From Eledone cirrhosa (lineage: Eukaryota), in assembly GCA_964016885.1 (NCBI GenBank), contig OZ024742.1:361460001-361524000 (forward strand): DNA of 64,000 nucleotides, given 5' to 3'. How positions within the stretch are numbered: position 1 is the stretch's first letter; each line of letters begins with the position of its first letter. Below are positions 45,201 to 59,300 of the stretch, piece after piece. Under the pieces are notes generated by a model. The model saw only the letters and a program-made list of their open reading frames with translations. It ran no database searches and had not been told where the DNA came from. The position numbers were made by a program, and so were the translations under genes.

Positions 45201-46499
45201 AATACAAACTGTAAAGTGGTCACGTAGGTGTTACAACAAAAGGCACCCAATACAAACTGTAAAGTGGTCATGTAGGTGTTAAGACAAAAAGCACCTAATA
45301 CTCACTGTAAAGTGGTCATGTAACCCTTACAACAAAAGGCACCCAATACAAACTGTAAAGTGGTCACGTAGGTGTTACAACAAAAAGCACCCAATACAAA
45401 TTGTAAAGTGGTCATGTAGGTGCTACAACAAAAGGCACCCAATTCACACTGTAAAGTTTTCATGTAAATGTCACAACAAAAGGCACTCAGTACACACTGT
45501 AAGTAGAGTATGTAGGTATCAAATGCAAAAAGCACCCAATACACACTGTAAAGTGGTCGTGTAGGTATCACAACAAAAGGCACCCAGTACACACTGTAAA
45601 GTGGTTGTTTAGGTATCACAGCAAAAAGCACCCAGTACACACTGTAAAGTGTTTATGTAGGTATCACAACAAAAAGCATCCAGTACACACTCTAAAGTGG
45701 TCGTGGAAGTGACACAACAAAAGGCACCCAATACACACTGCAAAGTGGTCGTGTAAGTGTCACAACAAATGGCACCCAATACACACTGTAAAGTGGTCAT
45801 GTAAGTGTTACAACAAAAGGCACCCAATACACACTGTAAAGTGGTCATGTAACTGTTACAACAAAAGGCACCCAATACAAACTGTAAAGTGGTCATGTAA
45901 GTGATACAACAAAAGGCACCCAATACACACTGTAAAGTGGTCATGTAAGTGTTACAACAAAAGGCACCAAATACACACTGTAAAGTGGTCATGTAAGTGT
46001 TACAACAGAAGGCACCCAATACTCACTGTAAAGTGGTCATGTAAGTGTTACAACAAAAGGCACCCAATACACACTGTAAAGTGGTCATGTAGGTGTTACA
46101 ACAAAAGGCACCCAATACACACTGTAAAGTGGTCTTGTAGGTGCTACAACAAAAGGCACCCAATACACACTGTAAAGTGGTCATGTAGGTGTTACAACAA
46201 AAGGCACCCAATACACACTGTAAAGTGGTCATGTATGTGCTACAACAAAAGGCACCCAATACTCACTGTAAAGTGGTCATGTAGGTGCTACAACAAAAGG
46301 CACCCAATACACACTGTAAAGTGGTCATGTAAGTGTTACAACAAAAGGCACCCAATACACACTGTAAAGTGGTCATGTAGGTGTTACAACAGAAGGCACC
46401 CAATACACACTGTAAAGTGGTCATGTAACTGTTACAACAAAAGGCACCCAATACAAACTGTAAAGTGGTCATGTAGGTGTTACAACAAAAGGCACCCAA

Positions 46500-49400
46500 T
46501 ACTCACTGTAAAGTGGTCATGTAGGTGCTACAACAATAGGCACCCAATACACACTGTAAAGTGGTCATGTAAGTGTTACAACAAAAGGCACCCAATACAC
46601 ACTGTAAAGTGGTCATGTAACTGTTACAACAAAAGGCACCCAATATACACTGTAAAGTGGTCATGTAGGTGTTACAACAAAGGCACCCAATACAAACTGT
46701 AAAGTGGTCATTTAACTGTTGCAACAAAAGGCACCCAATACACACTGTAAAGTGGTCATGTAAGTGTTACAACAAAAGGCACCAAATACACACTGTAAAG
46801 TGGTCATGTAGGTGCTACAACAAAAGGCACCCAATACACACAGTAAAGTGGTCATGTAACTGTTACAACAAAAGGCACCCAATACACACTGTAAAGTGGT
46901 CATATAATTGTTACAACAAAAGGCACCCAATACAAACTGTAAAGTGGTCATGTAGGTGTTACAACAAAAGGCACCCAATACTCACTGTAAAGTGGTCATG
47001 TAGGTGCTACAACAAAAGGCACCCAATACACACTGTAAAGTGGTCATGTAGGTGTTACAACAAAAGGCACCCAATACACACTGTAAAGTGGTCTTGTAAC
47101 TGTTACAACGAAAGGCACCCAATACACACTGTAAAGGGTCATGTAACTGTTACAACAAAAGGCACCCAATACACACTGAAAAGTGGTCATGTAGGTGTTA
47201 CAACAAAAGGCACCCAATACACACTGTAAAGTGGTCATGTAAGTGTTACACAAAAGGCACCCAATACACACTGTAAAGTGGTCACGTAGGTGTTACAACA
47301 AAAGGCACCCAATACAAACTGTAAAGTGGTCATGTAACTCTTACAACAAAAGCCACCCAATACACCCTGTAAAGTGGTCATGTAACTGTTACAACAAAAG
47401 GCACCCAATACAAACTGTAAAGTGGTCACGTAGGTGTTACAACAAAAAGCACCCAATACAAACTGTAAAGTGGTCATGTAGGTGTTACAACAAAAAGCAC
47501 CTAATACTCACTGTAAAGTGGTCATGTAGGTGCTACGACAAAAGGCACCCAATTCTCACTGTAAAGTTTTCATGTAAATGTCACAGCAAAAGGCACCCAG
47601 TACACACTGTAAGTAGAGTATGTAGGTATCAAATGCAAAAAGCACCCAATACACACTGTAAAGTGTAGGTATCACAACAAAAGGCACCCAGTACACACTG
47701 TAAAGTGATTATGTAGGTATCACAACAAAAAGCATCCAGTACACACTGTAAAGTGTTTATGTAGGTATCACAACAAAAAGCATCCAGTACACACTCTAAA
47801 GTGGTCGTGGAAGTGACACAAGAAAAGGCACCCAATACACACTGTAAAGTGGTCGTGTAAGTGTCACAACAAATGGCACCCAATACACACTGTAAAGTGG
47901 TCATGTAACTGTTACAACAAAAGACACCCAATACACACTGTGAAGTGGTCGTGTAAGTGTCACAACAAATGGCACCCAATACACACTCTAAAGTGGTCAT
48001 GTAAGTGTTACAACAAAAGGCACCCAATACACACTGTAAAGTGGTCATGTAACTGTTACAACAAAAGACACCCAATACAAACTGTAAAGTAGTCATGTAA
48101 GTGATACAACAAAAGGCACCCAATACACACTGTAAAGTGGTCATTTAACTGTTACAAAAAAAGGCACCCAATACACACTGTAAAGTGGTCAGGTAAATGT
48201 TACAACAAAAGGCACCCAATACACACTGTAAAACGGTCATGTAGGTGTTACAACAAAAGGCACCCAATACACACTGTAAAGTGGTCATGTATGTGTTACA
48301 ACAAAAGGCACCCAATACACACTGAAAAGTGATCATGTAGGTGTTACAACAAAAGGCACCCAATACACACTGTAAAGTGGTCATGTATCTGTTACAACAA
48401 AAGGCACCCAATACACACTGTAAAGTGGTCATGTAAGTGTTACAACAAAAGGCACTCTATACAAACTGTAAAGTGGTCATGTAGGTGTTACAACAAAAGG
48501 CACCCAATACTCACTGTAAAGTGGTCATGTAGGTGCTACAACAAAAGGCACCCAATACACACTGTAAAGTGGTCGTGTAGGTGTTACAACAAAAGGCACC
48601 CAATACACACTGTAAAGTGGTCTTGTAACTGTTACAACAAAAGGCACCCAATACACACTGTAAAGGGTCATGTAACTGTTGCAACAAAAGGCACCCAATA
48701 CACACTGTAAAGTGATCATGTAGGTGTTACAACAAAAGGCACCCAATACTCACTGTAAAGTGGTCATGTAGGTGCTACAACAAAAGGCACCCAATACACA
48801 CTGTAAAGTGGTCATGTAAGTGTTACAACAAAAGGCACCCAATACACACTGTAAAGTGGTCATGTAGGTGTTACAACAAAAGGCACCCAATACACACTGT
48901 AAAGTGGTCATGTAACTGTTACAACAAAAGGCACCCAATACAAACTGTGAAGTGGTCATGTAGGTGTTACAACAAAAGGCACCCAATACTCACTGTAAAG
49001 TGGTCATGTAGGTGCTACAACAAAAGGCACCCAATACAAACTGTAAAGTGGTCATGTAAGTGTTACAACAAAAGGCACCCAATACACACTGTAAAGTGGT
49101 CATGTAAGTGTTACAACAAAAGGCACCCAATACACACTGTAAAGTGGTCATGTAGGTGCTACAACAAAAGGCACCCAATACACACAGTAAAGTGGTCATG
49201 AAACTGTTACAACAAAAGGCACCCAATACACACTGTAAAGTGGTCACGTAGGTGTTACAACAAAAGGCACCCAATACAAACTGTAAAGTGGTCATGTAAG
49301 TGTTACAACAAAAGCCACCCAATACACCCTGTAAAGTGGTCATGTAACTGTTACAACAAAAGGCACCCATTACAAACTGTAAAGTGGTCACGTAGGTGTT

Positions 49401-52400
49401 ACAACAAAAAGCACCCAATACAAACTGTAAAGTGGTCATGTAGGTGTTACGAGAAAAAGCACCTAATACTCACTGTAAAGTGGTCATGTAAGTGTTACAA
49501 CAAAAGGCACCCAATACAAACTGTAAAGTGGTCATGTAGGTGCTACAACAAAAGGCACCCAATTCACACTGTAAAGTTTTCATGTAAATGTCACAACAAA
49601 AGGCACCCACTACACACTGTAATGTGGTCGTGTATGTATCACAACAAAAGGCACCCAGTACACAGTGAAAAGTGGTTGTTTAGGTATCACAGGAAAAAGC
49701 ACCCAGTACACACTGTAAAGTGATTGTGTAGGTATCACAACAAAAATCATCCAGTACACACTGTAAAGTGTTTATGTAGGTATCACAACAAAAAGCATCC
49801 AGTACACACTCTAAAGTGGTCGTGGAAGTGACACAACAAAAGGCACCCAATACACACTGCAAAGTGGTCGTGTAAGTGTCACAACAAATGGCACCCAATA
49901 CACACTGTAAAGTGGTCATGTAAGTGTTACAACAAAAGGCACCCAATACACACTGTAAAGTGGTCATGTAAGTCATGTAAGTGTTACAACAAAAGGCACC
50001 CGATACACACTGTAAAGTGGTCATGTAGGTGTTCCAACAAAAGTCACCCAATACACACTGTAAAGTGGTCATGTAGGTGTTACAACAAAAAGGCACCGAA
50101 TACACACTGTAAAGTGGTCAGGTAACTGTTACAACAAAAGGCACCCAATACACACTGTAAAGTGGTCATGTAGGTGTTACAACAAAAGGCACCCAATACA
50201 CACTGTACAGTGGTCATGTAAGTGCTACAACAAAAGGCACCCAATACACACTGAAAAGTGGTCATGTAACTGTTACAACAAAAGGCACCCAATACACACT
50301 GTAAAGTGATCACGTAAGTGTTACAACAAAAGGCACCCAATACACACTGTAAAGTGGTCATATAATTGTTACAACAAAAGGCACCCAATACAAACTGTAA
50401 AGTGGTCATGTAGGTGTTACAACAAAAGGCACCCAATACTCACTGTAAAGTGGTCATGTAGGTGCTACAACAAAAGGCACCCAATACACACTGTAAAGTG
50501 GTCTTCTAACTGTTACAACAAAAGGCACCCAATACACACTGTAAACGTTCATGTAACTGTTACAACAAAAGGCACCCAATACACACTGTAAAGTGGTCAT
50601 GTAGGTGTTACAACAAAAGGCACCCAATACTCACTGTAAAGTGGTCATGTAGGTGCTACAACAAAAGGCACCCAGTACACACTGTAAAGTGGTCATGTAA
50701 CTGTTACAACAAAAGGCATCCAATACACACTGTAACGTGGTCATGTAGGTGTTACAACAAAAGGCACCTAATACACACTGTAAAGTGGTCATGTAACTGT
50801 TACAACAAAAGGCACCCAATACAAACTGCAAAGTGGTCATGTAGGTGTTACAACAAAAGGCACCCAATACTCACTGTAAAGTGGTCATGTAGGTGCTACA
50901 ACAATAGGCACCCAATACACACTGTAAAGTGGTCATGTAAGTGTTACAACAAAAGGCACCCAATACACACTGTAAACGTTCATGTAACTGTTACAACAAA
51001 AGGCACCCAATACACACTGTAAAGTGGTCATGTAGGTGTTACAACAAAAGGCACCCAATACTCACTGTAAAGTGGTCATGTAGGTGCTACAACAAAAGGC
51101 ACCCAGTACACACTGTAAAGTGGTCATGTAAGTGTTACAACAAAAGGCATCCAATACACACTGTAACGTGGTCATGTAGGTGTTACAACAAAAGGCACCC
51201 AATACACACTGTAAAGTGGTCATGTAACTGTTACAACAAAAGGCACCCAATACAAACTGCAAAGTGGTCATGTAGGTGTTACAACAAAAGGCACCCAATA
51301 CTCACTGTAAAGTGGTCATGTAGGTGCTACAACAATAGGCACCCAATACACACTGTAAAGTGGTCATGTAGGTGTTACAACAAAAGGCACCCAATACACA
51401 CTGTAATGTGGTCATGTAGGTGTTACAACAAAAGGCACCCAATACGCACTGAAGTGGTCATGTAACTGTTACAACAAAAGGCACCCAATACACACTGTAA
51501 AGTGGTCATGTAGGTGTTACAACAAAAGGCACCCAATAGAAACTGTAAAGTGGTCATGTAAGTGTTACAACAAAAGGCACCCAATACACACTGTAAAGTG
51601 GTCATGTAAGTGTTACAACAAAAGGCACCCAATACACACTGTAATGTGGTCATGTAGGTGCTACAACAAAAGGCACCCAATACACACAGTAAAGTGGTCA
51701 TGTAGGTGTTACAACAAAAGGCACCCAATACTCACTGTAAAGTGGTCATGTAGGTGCTACAACAATAGGCACCCAATACACACTGTAAAGTGGTCATGTA
51801 AGTGTTACAACAAAAGGCACCCAATACACACTGTAAAGTGGTCATGTAACTGTTACAACAAAAGGCACCCAATATACACTGTAAAGTGGTCATGTAGGTG
51901 TTACAACAAAGGCACCCAATACAAACTGTAAAGTGGTCATTTAACTGTTGCAACAAAAGGCACCCAATACACACTGTAAAGTGGTCATGTAAGTGTTACA
52001 ACAAAAGGCACCAAATACACACTGTAAAGTGGTCATGTAGGTGCTACAACAAAAGGCACCCAATACACACTGTAAAGTGGTCATGTAGGTGTTACAACAG
52101 AAGGCACCCAATACACACTGTAAAGTGGTCATGTAACTGTTACAACAAAAGGCACCCAATACAAACTGTAAAGTGGTCATGTAGGTGTTACAACAAAAGG
52201 CACCCAATACTCACTGTAAAGTGGTCATGTAGGTGCTACAACAAAAGGCACCCAATACACACTGTAAAGTGGTCATGTAGGTGTTACAACAAAAGGCACC
52301 CAATACACACTGTAAAGTGGTCTTGTAACTGTTACAACGAAAGGCACCCAATACACACTGTAAAGGGTCATGTAACTGTTACAACAAAAGGCACCCAATA

Positions 52401-55400
52401 CACACTGAAAAGTGGTCATGTAGGTGTTACAACAAAAGGCACCCAATACACACTGTAAAGTGGTCATGTAAGTGTTACACAAAAGGCACCCAATACACAC
52501 TGTAAAGTGGTCACGTAGGTGTTACAACAAAAGGCACCCAATACAAACTGTAAAGTGGTCATGTAACTCTTACACCAAAAGCCACCCAATACACCCTGTA
52601 AAGTGGTCATGTAACTGTTACAACAAAAGGCACCCAATACAAACTGTAAAGTGGTCACGTAGGTGTTACAACAAAAAGCACCCAATACAAACTGTAAAGT
52701 GGTCATGTAGGTGTTACAACAAAAAGCACCTAATACTCACTGTAAAGTGGTCATGTAGGTGCTACGACAAAAGGCACCCAATTCTCACTGTAAAGTTTTC
52801 ATGTAAATGTCGCAGCAAAAGGCACCCAGTACACACTGTAAGTAGAGTATGTAGGTATCAAATGCAAAAAGCACCCAATACACACTGTAAAGTGTAGGTA
52901 TCACAACAAAAGGCACCCAGTACACACTGTAAAGTGATTATGTAGGTATCACAACAAAAAGCATCCAGTACACACTGTAAAGTGTTTATGTAGGTATCAC
53001 AACAAAAAGCATCCAGTACACACTCTAAAGTGGTCGTGGAAGTGACACAACAAAAGGCACCCAATACCAACTGTAAAGTGGTCGTGTAAGTGTCACAACA
53101 AATGGCACCCAATACACACTGTAAAGTGGTCATGTAACTGTTACAACAAAAGACACCCAATACACACTGTAAAGTGGTCGTGTAAGTGTCACAACATATG
53201 GCACCCAATACACACTCTAAAGTGGTCATGTAAGTGTTACAACAAAAGGCACCCAATACACACTGTAAAGTGGTCATGTAACTGTTACAACAAAAGACAC
53301 CCAATACAAACTGTAAAGTGGTCATGTAAGTGATACAACAAAAGGCACCCAATACACACTGTAAAGTGGTCCTTTAACTGTTACAAAAAAAGGCACCCAA
53401 TACACACTGTAAAGTGGTCAGGTAACTGTTACAACAAAAGGCACCCAATACACACTGTAAAGCGGTCATGTAGGTGTTACAACAAAAGGCACCCAATACA
53501 CACTGTAAAGTGGTCATGTAAGTGTTACAACAAAAGGCACCCAATACACACTGAAAAGTGATCATGTAGGTGTTACAACAAAAGGCACCCAATACACACT
53601 GTAAAGTGGTCATGTAAGTGTTACAACAAAAGGCACCCAATACACACTGTAAAGTGGTCATGTATCTGTTACAACAAAAGGCACCCAATACACACTGTAA
53701 AGTGGTCATGTAAGTGTTACAACAAAAGGCACTCTATACAAACTGTAAAGTGGTCATGTAGGTGTTACAACAAAAGGCACCCAATACTCACTGTAAAGTG
53801 GTCATGTAGGTGCTACAACAAAAGGCACCCAATACTCACTGTAAAGTGGTCGTGTAGGTGTTACAACAAAAGGCACCCAATACACACTGTAAAGTGGTCT
53901 TGTAACTGTTACAACAAAAGGCACCCAATACACACTGTAAAGGGTCATGTAACTGTTGCAACAAAAGGCACCCAATACACACTGTAAAGTGATCATGTAG
54001 GTGTTACAACAAAAGGCACCCAATACTCACTGTAAAGTGGTCATGTAGGTGCTACAACAAAAGGCACCCAATACACACTGTAAAGTGGTCATGTAAGTGT
54101 TACAACAAAAGTCACCCAATACACACTGTAAAGTGGTCATGTAGGTGTTACAACAAAAGGCACCCAATACACACTGTAAAGTGGTCATGTAACTGTTACA
54201 ACAAAAGGCACCCAATACAAACTGTGAAGTGGTCATGTAGGTGTTACAACAAAAGGCACCCAATACTCACTGTAAAGTGGTCATGTAGGTGCTACAACAA
54301 AAGGCACCCAATACAAACTGTAAAGTGGTCATGTAAGTGTTACAACAAAAGGCACCCAATACACACTGTAAAGTGGTCATGTAAGTGTTACAACAAAAGG
54401 CACCCAATACACACTGTAAAGTGGTCATGTAGGTGCTACAACAAAAGGCACCCAATACACACAGTAAAGTGGTCATGTAACTGTTACAACAAAAGGCACC
54501 CAATACACACTGTAAAGTGGTCACGTAGGTGTTACAACAAAAGGCACCCAATACAAACTGTAAAGTGGTCATGTAAGTGTTACAACAAAAGCCACCCAAT
54601 ACACCCTGTAAAGTGGTCATGTAACTGTTACAACAAAAGGCACCCATTACAAACTGTAAAGTGGTCACGTAGGTGTTACAACAAAAAGCACCCAATACAA
54701 ACTGTAAAGTGGTCATGTAGGTGTTACGACAAAAAGCACCTAATACTCACTGTAAAGTGGTCATGTAAGTGTTACAACAAAAGGCACCCAATACAAACTG
54801 TAAAGTGGTCATGTAGGTGCTACAACAAAAGGCACCCAATTCACACTGTAAAGTTTTCATGTAAATGTCACAACAAAAGGCACCCAGTACACACTGTAAG
54901 TAGAGTATGTAGGTATCAAATGCAAAAAAAAACCAATACACACTGTAATGTGGTCGTGTATGTATCACAACAAAAGGCACCCAGTACACAGTGAAAAGTG
55001 GTTGTTTAGGTATCACAGCAAAAAGCACCCAGTACACACTGTAAAGTGATTGTGTAGGTATCACAACAAAAATCATCCAGTACACACTGTAAAGTGTTTA
55101 TGTAGGTATCACAACAAAAAGCATCCAGTACACACTCTAAAGTGGTCGTGGAAGTGACACAACAAAAGGCACCCAATACACACTGCAAAGTGGTTGTGTA
55201 AGTGTCACAACAAATGGCACCCAATACACACTGTAAAGTGGTCATGTAAGTGTTACAACAAAAGGCACTCAATACACACTGTAAAGTGGTCATGTAAGTC
55301 ATGTAAGTGTTACAACAAAAGGCACCCGATACACACTGTAAAGTGGTCATGTAGGTGTTCCAACAAAAGGCACCCAATACACACTGCAAAGTGGTCATGT

Positions 55401-56300
55401 AAGTGTTACAACAAAAGTCACCCAATACACACTGTAAAGTGGTCATGTAGGTGTTACAACAAAAAGGCACCCAATACACACTGTAAAGTGGTCAGGTAAC
55501 TGTTACAACAAAAGGCACCCAATACACACTGTAAAGTGATCACGTAAGTGTTACAACAAAAGGCACCCAATACACACTGTAAAGTGGTCATATAATTGTT
55601 ACAACAAAAGGCACCCAATACAAACTGTAAAGTGGTCATGTAGGTGTTACAACAAAAGGCACCCAATACTCACTGTAAAGTGGTCATGTAGGTGCTACAA
55701 CAAAAGGCACCCAATACACACTGTAAAGTGGTCTTGTAACTGTTACAACAAAGGGCACCCAATACACACTGTAAACGTTCATGTAACTGTTACAACAAAA
55801 GGCACCCAATACACACTGTAAAGTGGTCATGTAGGTGTTACAACAAAAGGCACCCAATACTCACTGTAAAGTGGTCATGTAGGTGCTACAACAAAAGGCA
55901 CCCAGTACACACTGTAAAGTGGTCATGTAAGTGTTACAACAAAAGGCATCCAATACACACTGTAACGTGGTCATGTAGGTGTTACAACAAAAGGCACCCA
56001 ATACACACTGTAAAGTGGTCATGTAACTGTTACAACAAAAGGCACCCAATACAAACTGCAAAGTGGTCATGTAGGTGTTACAACAAAAGGCACCCAATAC
56101 TCACTGTAAAGTGGTCATGTAGGTGCTACAACAATAGGCACCCAATACACACTGTAAAGTGGTCATGTAAGTGTTACAACAAAAGGCACCCAATACACAC
56201 TGTAAAGTGGTCATGTAGGTGTTACAACAAAAGGCACCCAATACACACTGTAATGTGGTCATGTAGGTGTTACAACAAAAGGCACCCAATACGCACTGAA
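46500..56300 (+). repeat. Tandem duplication of an ~5.2-5.3-kb block (~109-111 monomers)
   Basis: ORF-track offsets are 5229 (46503/51732, 47044/52273, 47629/52858), then 5277 (+1 monomer; 48750/54027) and 5326 (+49-mer; 49680/55006). Private variants are shared, including GTTACACAAAA, AACGAAAGG, CACCCATTAC and the 9-bp duplication GTCATGTAAGTCATGTAA. Confidence 0.85.
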
Positions 56301-59300
56301 GTGGTCATGTAACTGTTACAACAAAAGGCACCCAATACACACTGTAAAGTGGTCATGTAGGTGTTACAACAAAAGGCACCCAATAGAAACTGTAAAGTGG
56401 TCATGTAAGTGTTACAACAAAAGGCACCCAATACACACTGTAAAGTGGTCATGTAAGTGTTACAACAAAAGGCACCCAATACACACTGTAATGTGGTCAT
56501 GTAGGTGCTACAACAAAAGGCACCCAATACACACAGTAAAGTGGTCATGTAACTGTTACAACAAAAGGCACCCAATACACACTGTAAAGTGTTCATGTAG
56601 GTGTTACAACAAAAGGCACCCAATACAAACTGTAAAGTGGTCATGTAAGTGTTACAACAAAAGGCACCCAATACACACTGTAAAGTGGTCATGTAAGTGT
56701 TACAACAAAAGGCACCCGATACACACTGTAAAGTGGTCATGTAGGTGTTCCAACAAAAGGCACCCAATACACACTGTAAAGTGGTCATGTAAGTGTTACA
56801 ACAAAAGTCACCCAATACACACTGTAAAGTGGTCATGTAGGTGTTACAACAAAATGACACAATACACACTGTAAAGTGGTCTTGTAACTGTTACAACAAA
56901 AGGCACCCAATACACACTGTAAAGTGGTCATGTAGGTGTTACAACAAAAGGCACCCAATACACACTGTACAGTGGTCATGTAAGTGTTACAACAAAAGGC
57001 ACCCAATACAAACTGTAAAGTGGTCATATAATTGTTACAACAAAAGTCACCCAATACAAACTGTAAAGTGGTCATGTAGGTGTTACAACAAAAGGCACCC
57101 AATACTCACTGTAAAGTGGTCATGTAGGTGCTACAACAAAAGGCACCCAATACACACTGTAAAGTGGTCTTGTAACTGTTACAACAAAAGGCACCCAATA
57201 CACACTGTAAACGTTCATGTAACTGTTACAACAAAAGGCACCCAATACACACTGTAATGTGGTCATGTAGGTGTTACAACAAAAGGCATCCAATACACAC
57301 TGTAAAGTGGTCATGTAAGTGTTATAACAAAAGGCACCCAATACACACTGTAAAGTGGTCATGTGGGTGTTACAACAAAAGGCACCCAATACGCACTGAA
57401 GTGGTCATGTAACTGTTACAACAAAAGGCACACAATACACACTGTAAAGTGGTCATGTAGGTGTTACAACAAAAGGCACCCAATACAAACTGTAAAGTGG
57501 TCATGTAAGTGTTACAACAAAAGGCACCCAATACACACTGTAAAGTGGTCATGTAAGTGTTACAACAAAAGGCACCCAATACACACTGTAATGTGGTCAT
57601 GTAGGTGCTACAACAAAAGGCACCCAATACACACTGTAAAGTGGTCATGTAACTGTTACAACAAAAGGCACCCAATACAAACTGTAAAGTGGTCATGTAG
57701 GTGTTACAACAAAAGGCACCCAATACTCACTGTTAAGTGGTCATGTAGGTGCTACAACAATAGGCACCCAATACACACTGTAAAGTGGTCATGTAAGTGT
57801 TACAACAAAAGGCACCCAATACACACTGTAAAGTGGTCACGTAGGTGTTACAACAAAAGGCACCCAATACACACTGTAATGTGGTCATGTAGGTGTTACA
57901 ACAAAAGGCATCCAATACACACTGTAAAGTGGTCATGTAAGTGTTATAACAAAAGGCACCCAATACACACTGTAAAGTGGTCATGTGGGTGTTACAACAA
58001 AAGGCACCCAATACGCACTGAAGTGGTCATGTAACTGTTACAACAAAAGGCACACAATACACACTGTAAAGTGGTCATGTAGGTGTTACAACAAAAGGCA
58101 CCCAATACAAACTGTAAAGTGGTCATGTAAGTGTTACAACAAAAGGCACCCAATACACACTGTAAAGTGGTCATGTAAGTGTTACAACAAAAGGCACCCA
58201 ATACACACTGTAATGTGGTCATGTAGGTGCTACAACAAAAGGCACCCAATACACACAGTAAAGTGGTCATGTAACTGTTACTACAAAAGGCACCCAATAC
58301 ACGCTGTAAAGTGTTCATGTAGGTGTTACAACAAAAGGCACCCAATACAAACTGTAAAGTGGTCATGTAAGTGTTACAACAAAAGGCACCCAATACACAC
58401 TGTAAAGTGGTCATGTAAGTGTTACAACAAAAGGCACCCAATACACACTGTAAAGTGGTCATGTAGGTGTTACAACAAAAGGCACCCAATACACACTGTA
58501 AAGTGGTCATGTAAGTGTTACAACAAAAGGCATCCAATACACACTGTAAAGTGGTCATGTAAGTGTTACAACAAAAGGCACCCAATACACACTGTAAAGT
58601 GCTCATGTAACTGTTACAACAAAAGGCACCCAATACAAACTGTAAAGTGGTCATGTAAGTGTTACAACAAAAGGCACCCAATACACACTGTAAAGTGGTC
58701 ATGTTGGTGTTACAACAAAAGGCACCCAATACAAACTGTAAAGTGGTCATATAACTGTTACAACAAAAGGCACCCAATACACACTGTAAAGTGGTCATGT
58801 AGGTGTTACAACAAAAGGCACCCAAAACAAACTGTAAAGTGGTCACGTAGGTGTTACAACAAAAAGCACCCAATACAAACTGTAAAGTGGTCATGTAGGT
58901 GTTACAACAAAAAGCACCTAATACTCACTGTAAAGTGGTCATGTAGGTGCTACAACAAAAGGCACCCAATTCACACTGTAAATTTTTCATGTTAATGTCA
59001 CAACAAAAGGCACCCAGTAAACACTGTAAGTAGAGTATGTAGGTATCAAATGCAAAAAGCACCCAATACACACTGTAAAGTGGTCGTGTAGGTATCACAA
59101 CAAAAGGCACCCAGTACACACTGTAAAGTGGTCATGTAGGTGCTACAACAAAAGGCACCCAATTCACACTGTAAAGTTTTCATGTAAATGTCACAACAAA
59201 AGGCACCCAGTACACACTGTAAGTAGAGTATGTAGGTATCAAATGCAAAAAAAAACCAATACACACTGTAATGTGGTCGTGTATGTATCACAACAAAAGG

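Noticed and set aside
54920-54935. A9 run (also ~59247) as a retro-insertion poly(A) tail
   Set aside because: It replaces AAAAAGCAC within a normal-length monomer, has no target-site duplication or inserted body, and the second copy comes from block duplication.
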